Shown: positions 16,319 to 28,821 of the stretch, piece after piece | How the letters are laid out: each line of letters opens with the position of its first letter | Position numbering within the stretch: position 1 is the first letter of the stretch | Assembly: GCF_009914755.1 (NCBI RefSeq) | Contig: NC_060930.1 | Strand: one strand, 5' to 3' | DNA: 64,000 nucleotides | Source of the DNA: the human T2T-CHM13v2.0 reference genome, Homo sapiens | Notes under the pieces: model-generated | What the model was told of the DNA's origin: nothing | Databases searched by the model: none | Seen by the model: only the letters and a program-made list of their open reading frames with translations | Position numbers and translations under genes: made by a program

Positions 16319-16620
16319 TATCCTCTTGTGACCCTACCTTGCTCCGACTTTGAGTGGTTCCTCTGCCCTAGAGGTGGAGGACTTTTTGCAGTGTGGACCA
16401 AAAGTCAGGCCTGTGACCTTTTTGCAGTATGGACCAAAGGTCAGGCCTGTGACCTTTTTGCAGTGTGGACCAAAGATCAGGCCTGTGACCTTTTTGCAGT
16501 ATGGACCAAAGGTCAGGCCTATCTTCTTGTGACCCCACCTTGCCCTGACTAAGTAGTTCCTCTGCTCTAGAGGTGGAGGACTTTTTGCAGTGTGGACCTT
16601 TATCAAAGGTCAGGCCTGTG
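16319..16620. repeat. 36-bp minisatellite (4 copies plus a partial fifth) inside an approximately 80-bp direct duplication
   Basis: Unit gacctttttgcagtRtggaccaaaggtcaggcctgt; 16319-16399 recurs at 16520-16598. Confidence 0.92.
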
Positions 16621-16845
16621 TTTTAAAGGAATTGAGGCAGATTCCAAGAAGATTAAAAGTTTTGGTTAGACATTATCTAACAAAATAATTGCCTGTCTGG
16701 GTTTTTTTTTGGGGTGGCTCCTGTGATAGAGGCTGTCCTCCAAGAGCCTATTGTCTAATAAAGGTAGAGGAGATATCATTACTGGGGATCTTTTTCCAGG
16801 CTGTTCCCTCTACTCCCCTCTTAAATCTCAAAAAACACCCATGTC

Positions 16846-16980
16846 AGCTGGGAGTGGCAGCTCACACCTGTAATCCCAGCACCTTGAGAGGCCAAGGCGG
16901 GAGAATCACTTGAACCAGGAGTTTGAGACCAGTCTGGGCAACAAAGCAAGACCCTATCTCTACAGTAAATAAATAAAAAC
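16846..16980 (+). mobile_element. FLAM / free Alu left monomer
   Basis: Single monomer with A-rich tail. Confidence 0.85.
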
Positions 16981-18914
16981 ATCCATGTCCTCTCAGGGAT
17001 AGGCCCTATATCCATGTTCACTGTACCTGCTCCTGGGGCTGACACTTGAATTCAGTTTAGGGCAGAGATTCTACGTTGTGTTTTTTCTAGGTTTGTGTTT
17101 TAGAAAGCTGGGGGGAGGAGGAGCAATCTACAGAGAGAAGCGTAGAGGAAAATGGAGCCGCTGTGCAGAGAGAAACAGATAATGCTGAGCAAATGACCTC
17201 AGTTCACGAGAACCTTCTCCTAGTGCTTGTCCCTCGTAAGGGCGCTTCCTCCCGTGCTCTCTCAGACACCTCTGTAGCTTTTAGTAAATTCCCCTTTTTT
17301 TGTTTAAGCTAAGTCTTTGGAATTTTCTAACTTGAACTAAAAGCTGCTTTATTAAAATAACAAGAGATGAACTATGTGTGTGACTTTCTATTTCGTGTTA
17401 TATTTGTCATAAGATGATTACCAATACCATAGATGAATAGATTTTGAGCCCTATTAGCAGCAAGGAGTGTGGCATACCAGAAGTGTATGACAGAACAGTT
17501 TAGTTAAACTGAATAACAATTTGGCCATTAGATGATATGTGCAAAGCATTTTCTTACAGTTCTTATCCCAGAGTTTTAAAAGTTAGCTGTTATTATTTTT
17601 ATTGTTACATAATAATCATACATATTTATGGAGTATATATGATATTTCAATACATACATATAATTTACCATGATCAAAGCAGGGTATTTAGCATATCCAT
17701 CACCTCAAACATTTATCATTTCTTTGTGTTGGAAACATTTCAAATCTTCTAGCTATTTTGAAATATACAATACATTATTGTATGTATTTTTTATTTTTGT
17801 GGGTACATAGTAGGTACATATATGGGGTACATGAGATATTTTGATACGGGCATGCAATGCATAATAATCACATCAGGATAAATGGGGTATTCACTACCTC
17901 AAGCATTTATCCTTTGCATTATAATTCTTTTATTTTCTTTTAGTTATTTTTATAAATGTACAGTAAGTTATTGTTGACTGTAATCACCCTGATGTGCTGT
18001 CAAATACTAGATCTTATTCATTCTATCTAAATATGTTTTTGTACCCATTAACCATTCCCACTCCCTGCCCCTTCAGTACCGTTCCCAGCCTCTGGGAGCT
18101 ATCATTCTACTTTCTATAAGTTCAGTTGTTTTAATTCTTAGCTCCTACAAATAAGTGAGAACACGCAAAGTTTGTCTTTCTGTGCTTGGCTTATTTTATT
18201 TAACATCCTCCAGTTTCATCCATGTTATTGCAAGTGACAGGATCTCATTCTTTTCTTTGGCTGAATAGGATTCCATTGTGTGTATGTACCACATTTTTAA
18301 AATCCATTTGTCTGTTGATGGACACCTAGGTTGCTTCCAAATCTTGACTATTGTGAATAGTACTGCAGTAAACATGGGAATGTAGGTATCTCTTCAGTAT
18401 ATCGATTTCCTTTTTTTAGGGGGGTAGGTGGGGAAATACCTAGCAGTGGGATTGCTGGATCATATGGTGGTTTTATTTTTAGATTTTTAAAGGAACCTCC
18501 GAATTGTTCTCCATAGTGGTGTTACTAATTTATGTACACAGTGTTTCCACCAGCACTGTACAAGGGTTCCTTTTTTCTCCACATTCTCACCAGCAATCGT
18601 TATTGTCTATCCTTTGGATAAAAGCCATTTTAACTGGGTGAGATGATATCTCATTGTAGTTTCGTTTTGCATTTCTCTGATGATCAGTGATGTTGAGCAC
18701 CTTTTTATATACCTTCAGGTGGTTTCTTATCAGTAATGTCCTTTTCTTTCAGGTTGAAGAACTCCTTTTAGCACTTGTAGGACAGGTTTGGTGTTGACTA
18801 AATCCCCTAGCGGGAAAGTCTTGATTTCTCCTTCATGTTTGAAGGATATTTTTGCTCGATAAACTGTTCTAGGGTAAATTTTTTTCCTTTAGCATTTTAA
18901 ATATGCCATGCCAT

Positions 18915-19560
<646 letters not shown>

Positions 19561-19775
19561 ATGCCATGCCACCCTCTCCTGACCTGTAAGGTTTCCACTG
19601 AGAGATTGATTGCCAGACATGTTCAAGCTTTTGAGTATCTTACTTGTTTCTTTTCTCTTGCTGCTTTTAGGATCCTTTCTTTGTCCCTTACCTTTGGGAG
19701 TTTGATCATTAAATGCCTTGAGGAGTCTTCTTTGGGTTAAATCTGCTTGGTGTTCTATAACTTTCTTGTACTTGA

Positions 19776-20270
<495 letters not shown>

Positions 20271-21374
20271 GCTGCGTATTTTCAAATAGCCTGTCTTCAA
20301 GGTCACTAATTTTCTTTTGCTTGATCAGTTCTGCTGTGGAGAGACTCTGATGCATTCCTCAGTATGTCAGTTGAAAGTTTCAGCTCCAGAATTTCTGCTT
20401 GATTTAAAAAAATTATTTCAATCTTTTTGTTAAATTTATCTGATAGGTTTCAAATTCATTCTCTTTAATTTTGTTGAGCCTCCTCAAAACAGCTATTTTG
20501 AATCCTCTCTCTGAAAGGTCACATATCTCTGGGAGTGGTCTCTGATGCCTTATGTAGTTCATTTGGTGAGGTCGTGTTTTCCTGGATGGTCTTGATACTT
20601 CTGGATGTTTATTGGTGTCTGGGCATTGCAGAGTTAGGTGTTTATTATGGTCTTCACAATCTGGGCTTGTTTGTACCTATCCTTCTTGGGAATGCTTTCC
20701 AAGTTTTGGAAGGGACTTGGGCATTGTGACCTAAGTCTTTGTTCACTGTAGCCATGTTTGCATTGGGAAGCATCCCAAGCCCAGTTATGCCGTGGCTCTT
20801 GCAGACTTGTAGAGTCACCACCTTGGTTGTCTTGGGTAAGATCCAGAAGAATTCTCTGGGTTAGCAAGCAGAAACTCTTGTTCTCTTCCCTTACTTTCCC
20901 CCAAACAAATGGAGTCTCTCTGTGCTGAGCTGCCTGGAGCTGGGGAAGGGATAACATAGTCACCCCTGTGGCCACCACTGCTGGGACTGTGCTGAGTCAG
21001 ACTCGAAGCCAGCATAACAATGGGTCTTGATTGAAGCTCATGGTGACCACTGCCTGGCTGCCACTTACGTTTGCTCAAGGCCCAAGGGCTCTACAATCAG
21101 CAGGTGGTGAATCTAGTCAGGCTTCTGTCCTTCCCATTAGGGTGGGGTGAGTTCTCCCCTAGCTGTCTGGGAGCCAGAGCCAGGAGTTGGGAAACTTACA
21201 AATTTACCTGGTGCTCTCTATTCTACTGCAGCTAAGCTGGCACCGAAGCTGTAAGACAAAATCCCTCCCAGTCTTCCCTTTCCTCAAACAGAGAACTGTT
21301 TCCTTGTGGCCACAGCTGCCCTAGGCCCACAGGGACTACTGTCTTCCAGCCACCAGTGTTCACTCAAGGTTCAG

Positions 21375-21783
21375 TGTATTAGTCCACTTTCATGCTGCTG
21401 ATAAAGACATACCTGAGACTGGGCAATTTACAAAAGAAAGAGGTTTAATTGGATTTACAGTTCCACGTGGCTGGGGAAGACTCACAATTATGGTGGAAGG
21501 CAAGGAGGAGCAAGTCCTGTCTTACACGGATGGCAGCAGGCAAAGAGAGAATGAGGAAGACGCAAAAGTGGAAACCTCTGATAAAACCATCAGATCTCGT
21601 GAGACTTATTCACTACCAGGAGAACAGTATGGGGGAAACTGCTCCCCATGATTCAATTATCTCCCACTGGGTCCCTCCCACAACACGTGGGAATTATAGG
21701 AGTATTTGTGTGGGGACACAGCCAAACCATATCTAACTCAGCTTGTGGTGAGATTTGGGTGGGGACACAGCCAAGCCATATCA
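21375..21783 (-). mobile_element. THE1 (MaLR) solo LTR with a duplicated terminus
   Basis: tgtattagtcc...gctgctgataaagacatacctgagactggg; end motif tggggacacagccaa.ccatatc occurs twice. Confidence 0.88.
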
Positions 21784-24177
21784 CTCAGTTAGCTTGTGGT
21801 GAATGCTGTCAGGACTTAGTCTCTCCTTCAGGACAGTGGGCTTCCCTCTGGCCCAGAGCAGGTCCAGAAATGCCATCTAGGAGCCAAGGCCTGGAATTGG
21901 GGACATCAGGAGGCTGCTTGGTATTCTATCCCACTGTAGCTGAGCTGGTACCCAAGCTGCAAGACAAAGTTCTCTTTACTCTTTTCTCTCCTTTCCTTGA
22001 GTAAGAGTTTCTCCGCATAGCCACCACAGCTCAGAATGTGCTGGGTCACATCTGAGGCCAACATGGCTCTGAGTCTCACTCAAGGCCCTCAGTAAGTACT
22101 GTTTGGCTACCACTGTTGACTATTTGGGGCCCAAGGGCTGTCTACTAAGCAGGCAATGCATCCTGCTAGGACTGGGTCTTTCCATTCAAGGCAGCAGGTT
22201 CCTATCTGGCCCAGGGTGTATCTGGAAATGTCAGCTGGGAGCTAGGGCCTGGAATGGCAACCTCATGACTCTGCTTGGTGCCCTATTCTAGTATGGCTAA
22301 GCTGATACCCAAGTTGCAAGACAAAGTCCTCTTCACTGTCTACTCTCCTCTCCTCAAACAGAGGGAAGAAGTGTCTCCCCGACCTGTGAGCTGTACTGCT
22401 TGTAGTTGAGGAGGGGTAATGCAAGCATTCCTTTGGTTGCCCCAGGTGGTGTCTCACTAGGTTGTGTGCCCTCTAAGTCCACTGGCTCCAAGCCCATCCT
22501 AGCACAGCACCAGGACTTGTCTAGGAATTTTAGTCCTTGTGGCTTAGATTCCCTTTCAAGTTTATTGAGGTCCCCAGAGCACTTTAGCCCATGGTGGTAG
22601 GGCTTGCTGGAACTCAGGTTCCAGTTGCTGGGGTGGGCAATTTCCCTATGGTTAGGACTGGTCTAGCTGCTCCCTCTGTGGGTACAGACTGAGTTCTGTC
22701 CTGTCTTGCTTTCTCCTATGACAGGACAGCACTGAGTTTCAGTGCAGAGTCCCATAATAATCACTGTGCTGTCCCTCCCCCAGGCATACAGATTCTCTTT
22801 CCATGGCATGTGACTGCTGCTGGCAGGGGAGGGAGGGTAGCGTAGGCATTTCAAGACTATCTTTCCTACCCTCTTCAGTGCCTCTTTTATTAATATGATG
22901 TTAAAACCAGGTACTGTGATCGTTCACCTGATTTTTGATTTTTATGGAGGTGCTTTTTTGTGTGGATAGTTGTTCAATTTGGCATTGCTACCGGGAGCGG
23001 GGGGGGGGATGATCACTGGAGGCTTCTGTTTGGCCATCTTCCTCTGCCTCCCTCCTCTCTAATTGTATTTTTATACCCACTAATCAACCTCTTTTCATCC
23101 GCTCCCCACCTCAACACTTCCCGGACTCCGATAACCATCATTCTACTCTATCTCTGTTAGATCAACTTTTTTAGCTGCCACAGATGAGTGAGATGATGTG
23201 ATATTTGTCTTTCTGTGTCTGACTTATTTCACTTAACATAATAACCTCCAGCTCCATCCATGTTGCTGCCAATGACAGGATTTTATTCTTTATGGCGGAA
23301 TAGTATTCTATTATGTATCTGTGCCACATTTTCTTTATCCATTCATCCATTGCTGGCACTTAGGTTGATTTCATATTTTGCTATTGTGAATAGTTCTGCA
23401 ATAAACATGAGCATGTATGCAGATATCTCTTGAATATACTGATTTCCTTTCTTTTGGATGTATAAACCAACAGTAGAACTGCTGGATCATATGGTAAATC
23501 TGTTTTTAGTTTTTTGAGGAACTTAAATGTTCTTGGTGGCTGTGTCAAAAATCAGTTAATACATGGATTTATTTCTGGATTCCCTATTGTGTTCCGTTTG
23601 TCTATGTGTCTGTTTTTTTATTAGTGCCATGCTGTGTTGGTTGCTCTAGCTTTTTGGTATATTTTTAATTCAGGTAGTGTGATGCCTCCTAGTTGTTATT
23701 ATTGTCATATCTAACATAGCAGTTGAATAGCTTATTGGCAGTTGTATCTGGCACAGTAATACCTTTCTTAGTTTATTCTTTGCTCAGTCATACTTTTCCT
23801 GGTATGTATTCCTTGGGGCTTTAATAATGGTTTTTTCCCTCAAAACAGATGTGTCATGTGTCGTTTTCCCATTGAGACTACCTGGCATTTTTAGTCTCAT
23901 CCTTTGTTCAGACTATGAACACTCTTTGATAAACAGCCTGTGGTAGAAGTATCAGATCTTACTAGTCCTAAGTATTATGATATGGAAACACCCTGTCTTC
24001 CTGTCCTCCTCCTGTCTGTCCCCAAAATTACACCTCTGTAAGAACTTAGTCATTTTACTTGGAGGACAACTTGTTGAACTTTCCTCAATTTAGTGAATTT
24101 ACTGCAATTCTTATCTAAACTACAATTTATCTCTTTCCTTTGTACTCCCAACCTATCATTACAGTAGTCATTGTAAA

Positions 24178-24208
24178 AAAAAACAACAACAACAACAACA
24201 ACAACAAC
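24178..24208. repeat. (CAA)n microsatellite
   Basis: About 9 AAC units after an A-run. Confidence 0.9.
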
Positions 24209-25249
24209 TGGGTGTTTATTCTTTTTGGCTGCCCAGTAGATGAGCTCCCTAGTTATATTAGGGGAATTCCATACCTCACAGTGTTTTGTGAGAAACAGTG
24301 TAACTACTACATGTTTTCCCCCAGCCCTCACACAGCCTATACCCAGACAGAATTGGGAGAAAAATGCATACTGTTCAAGCTTACCTCTCTCCAGATTTGA
24401 GGATAAAAATTACAGCAGTGTGGAATTGGAGTGGCTCAGCTGGCCAGGGTGGGGAGGGGAGTGGTGATAGTAGCCATAACTTGCCTCTCCAAACTCTAGA
24501 GTTTTTCTCATTGATACCACATTCTGGTTCTGAATTTTGACTTGAGATTGAATCCCTTACATTGGCTGCTGGCAGTGATTACCAAAAATATTTTTTTGAT
24601 TCCTCTTACTAAAATTGGGGAAGAGAGAGTCTGTGATCTAGCTGAATGCTCTTGTATTCCAAGCCTCTGAAAGCTACAGCTGTCCTTAGTTCCTTACCTT
24701 GTAGATTTCTGTGCTGAGAGACTTACTCTTTCTTAACCATCCCAAGAGCACTATAGTACTTTATGGCAGGAACCCCACTGGTGAGGCCCTTTATCATAGC
24801 CTTTTCAGTCAAAAGACTTCCTCACTCTTCTTTATGGTCATTTTATACATTGTAGCCACTGTTGGAATCTTTGGTTTTAATGAAATCAAAACTATCAGTT
24901 TTTAGAAAGATTATAATTCTCTGATAGTAAATTTACCACTGTAATATCTGTTTAGATATTACAAGTGAGTTCTTGTAATATTACAAGATATTACAAGTGA
25001 TCAAGTGAGTTCTTTTAAGTTACATTTTTGAGTCTAACCTAAGAGTTAAGAGAAGTTTTCCTTAGTATTTGTTGAAGTCAATTGACCATGTTAATTTAGG
25101 CCAATTAATGGCATTGAGGTATTTACAAAATATAAGTCTACAGACTATTCATGATTTATCTTACCAGTTTCTTTCTTATTTATCCCAATTACCAAAGCCA
25201 TGTTTTGTTCATTGTGGAAAAATTTGGTAAGTACAGAGAAATATATTTT

Positions 25250-26870
25250 TTTAAAAAAACAAGGTGGGTCTCCAAATTGATCTGCAGATTAAATGCAGTC
25301 CCTGTCAAAATTCTTGATGCCATTTTTTTTTTTTTTTACTGAAATCGATAAGATGATTCTAAAATTCCCATGGAAATGACTCAGAATAGTCAAAACAATC
25401 TTGAAAAAGAACATTGATGTACTCACATTTCCTGATTTTTAAACTTAGTATAAAGCTACTGTAACCAACATGGTATGCAACTAGAATAATGATAGGCATA
25501 TACAGGTTAATGGGATGGAATTGAGAGTCCAGAAATAAACTGTAACATTTATGGCCAATTGTTTTTTGACAAAGGTGCCAAGATAATATAATAGTGGGGG
25601 AAAATAATCTTTTCAACAAATGATCCTGGAACAGCTTGATTTCCTCATGCAAAAGGATGAATTTGGACCCCTCTCTTATACCAAAATTAACAAAACTGGA
25701 TTGAAGACTTACATCTAAGAGCAAAACTATAAACTCTTAGAAGAACTACATAGATGTAAATCTTCATGACGTAGGATTGGTCAGTGGTTTCCTAGATATG
25801 CCATCCAAAGTACAAGCAAACAAAGGAAAAAATGATGCGTTAGGCTTCCTTAAAATCAAAAACTTAGGTGCTTCAAAGGACTTTTTCAAGACAGTGAAAA
25901 GCCGGCCCACAGAATGGGAGAAAATATTTGCAAATCATATACCTGATAAGCATCTAATAGCTAGAATATACTAAGAACTCTTACAACTCAATAATAAAAA
26001 GACAAGCAACTAAATTTAAAAAATGAGCAAAAGAAATGAATAGATATTTCTCCAAAGAAGATAACAGATGGCTAATAAGAACATGAAAAGATGTTTAACA
26101 TCATTAGTCATGAGGGAAATGCAAATCAAAGCTTCGTGATATACCATCATGCCTGCTAGGAGTCCTGTAATAAAAAAGATGGACAATAAAAAGTGTTGGC
26201 GAGGATGTAGAGAAATTGGAACCTCATACATTGCAGGTGGGAATGTAAAGTGTTGAAGCTGCTTTGCAGTTTCACAAGTGTTTAAACACAGAGTTACCAT
26301 ATGACCCAGCAATTCCCTTCTAGATAGATACACCCGAGATAAATGAAAACATATGTCCATGGAGAAACTTGTACACAAATATTCATTGCAGTCAAAAAGT
26401 GGCAACTTTGTTTCTTATAATAGCCAAAAGTAGAAACTTCTAAATGTCTATCAATTGATGAATCCTTAAACAGAATGTAATATATACATAAAATTGAATA
26501 TTATTCAACCATAAAAAGAAATGAAGTACTGATGCTTACAACACAATGGACACACCTTGGAAACATGGGCTGAGTTTGAAAAACCAGACACAGAGGCCAC
26601 GTATTGTATGATTCCATTAAAATGACATGTTCAGAATAGGCAAATCCATAGAGACAGAGAGTAGATTAGAGGTTGCCAGGGGCAAGTGGGAGCAGGGATG
26701 GGGAGTGACTGTTAATGGGTATGAGGTTTCTCTTGGGGTTGATGAAAATGTTTTGGACTTCAGTAGTGGTGACGGTTGTACAATCTTGTGGATATACTAA
26801 AAAACACGGAATTGTATACTTTAAAAGGATGAATTTTAGGGTATGCGAATTACATCTCAATTTAAAAACT
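25250..26870 (+). mobile_element. L1MB-like element, ORF2 C-terminus and 3' UTR
   Basis: PTEWEKIFANHIPDK; ccatatgacccagcaattcc; L1M 3'-end motifs. Confidence 0.85.
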
Positions 26871-28322
26871 CAACAGAAGATACCTCAGATCCCACTGCCT
26901 ATGGACAACCACAACTGACATCAATTGAGCATTTTAGAAAATGCCTAATGCCAGGCACCTAAGCCCTTTTGATACCTTCTCATTCATTCCTCACTATAGC
27001 TTTGTGAATATTCTGTCAGAACTGGAACTCCTGACTTCTTCCTTGGTGTTCTTTCCACTAATTCGCTCTGCCTGTTTTACACAGAATTTTGGGTAAAGAG
27101 AGAAGATGCTAATTTGGAATATCATTAAAATAATATTTTACAAAGTTGGGTGCTTTACTCAAACACACAGTTGACCAAAAAATATTTGTGATTTGGTTCA
27201 GGTAACACTCAGCACTCAAGCTTAAAGCAAAAACTTGAGAAATGGATTAAATCTCCGAAGTTTGTCTTTAGTGTCAAGGGGTTTATAGTAATTTTTTTTC
27301 CAGAGATAGTAAGAAAAAAAACAAGTAAAATTAGAAACTCCCCTTACGTATCTGTTTATCTTGGCCTGGATTAACACGGCTAGAAAAGCTGGTTGTATTT
27401 TGTTTTCACAAAATATGCTGTGTTTCATTTCTATTCTATGCAACCAGAGTCTTTAAAGTAGACAGCATCAAGAAAACACGTAAGCATGAAAAACCTTGTT
27501 AGCGTGGTTAAGTTAGTTAATTTTATGCTCTTAACATTTTAGAGCAACCAAGCATAGGTTCAGAGGTTTTCTCCTGTGTGTTCCTTTATTGATTAATGTT
27601 TGTTCCTTATTAGCGAACATTTAAAAACCTTTACTACTCCTTGCAAAAACAAAACTTGTTTTTTTTTTTTTGTTAAAAGAGAATTAGTCATACTTTTTAA
27701 TGACATTGATGTGAAAATATCGTATTTTAAAAATCTGTGTTTTAAACATCTTGAATCTAAGATATTGGTGCCGTGGCTTTAGTCTTTCATCATATAATTT
27801 AAGAAAATGTATTTTCTTTGAAAAATTATTTCCAGAAACTTACGAATAGCTTGGTCCTGACTGAGTAGTTTTCATCATAGTGCAGTTAAGTCCTGCTGTT
27901 TAAGGCCTTATGGATTCTGATCGAAACAAACTTGCTTTTAGTAAATAAATAGCACCGAGATATGAAAGTCCAAGTAAATGGCAAAGTGAATTCTTTCTTT
28001 CCCAGAAAAATGCTCTCAAAAATTTGATTTTAGTATAAGTAACACTTTTACTTAGATATCATAAACTCATTATGATTTTACTGTAGATAGACTCAGCCCG
28101 AATTCTAAATTCTATGAGGGTAGAGACTGTTTTTGTCATTACTGTAATCCCAGAGTTTATCCTCATTCCTTGTACAAAAAATGTTTGTTATATCATTATA
28201 TATTTGTAATTATGTATATTTTTATATAGTATTTTGTAATATACCCCCCATTAACTGTAACATTCTGAATTGATAACATTGTGTGTAATAACTTTTCTTA
28301 ATGTTTTTGTCTTTCTCTGTAG

Positions 28323-28522
28323 GTTGGTATTTTGTATGGCATCTTTTTTTATCAAAATTCAAGTTTCTCCGGGAACTGGTGGGAGACACAGGATCCCAAG
28401 AGGGAGATCATGAGCCTTCAGGGTCTGAAACTGAAGAAGACACTTCCTCCTCTCCACACAGAATCAGATCCGCTCGCCAAAGGAGGGCACCTGCTGATGA
28501 AGGCCACAGACCCCTGACATAG
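28323..28522 (+). CDS. SMIM13: SMIM13 (small integral membrane protein 13) last coding exon, phase-1 start; exon 1 is outside the window
   Basis: Polypyrimidine tract and AG at 28321-28322; peptide GWYFVWHLFLSKFKFLRELVGDTGSQEGDHEPSGSETEED...GHRPLT* recognised as the SMIM13 C-terminus. Confidence 0.93.
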
Positions 28523-28821
28523 TCCTGTACTTGTGAAGGATGAAAAGGCAGTTGCCAGCTTCTGTCTTTTACTGACTTCGCTTTGAAATTTACTAATGAC
28601 TGAAGAACATTTGTATTGGATTTTAAGTCGAATTTTAAAAAAGATTTACATGTAAGCCATATAAAAATAAAGGGAACTGAAACCAAATTGGACTATTATA
28701 AATTTCATCTTAAAGATAATCTTTTGTTTCACCAGCTTTCTACTTATACACTTATTCCTTGGCTTTTGGGCTTATTTTCTTGCACTGGTGCAGATCTGGT
28801 AAACATTAAAGGCTTGAAAAA

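Noticed and set aside
16380-16520. 36-bp repeats resembling a CRISPR array
   Set aside because: Units are contiguous with no unique spacers, there are no cas genes, and the DNA is eukaryotic
28301-28322. ATG at 28301 as the start of the 73-aa ORF
   Set aside because: It lies in the intronic polypyrimidine tract upstream of the AG acceptor; the real N-terminus comes from exon 1 outside the window
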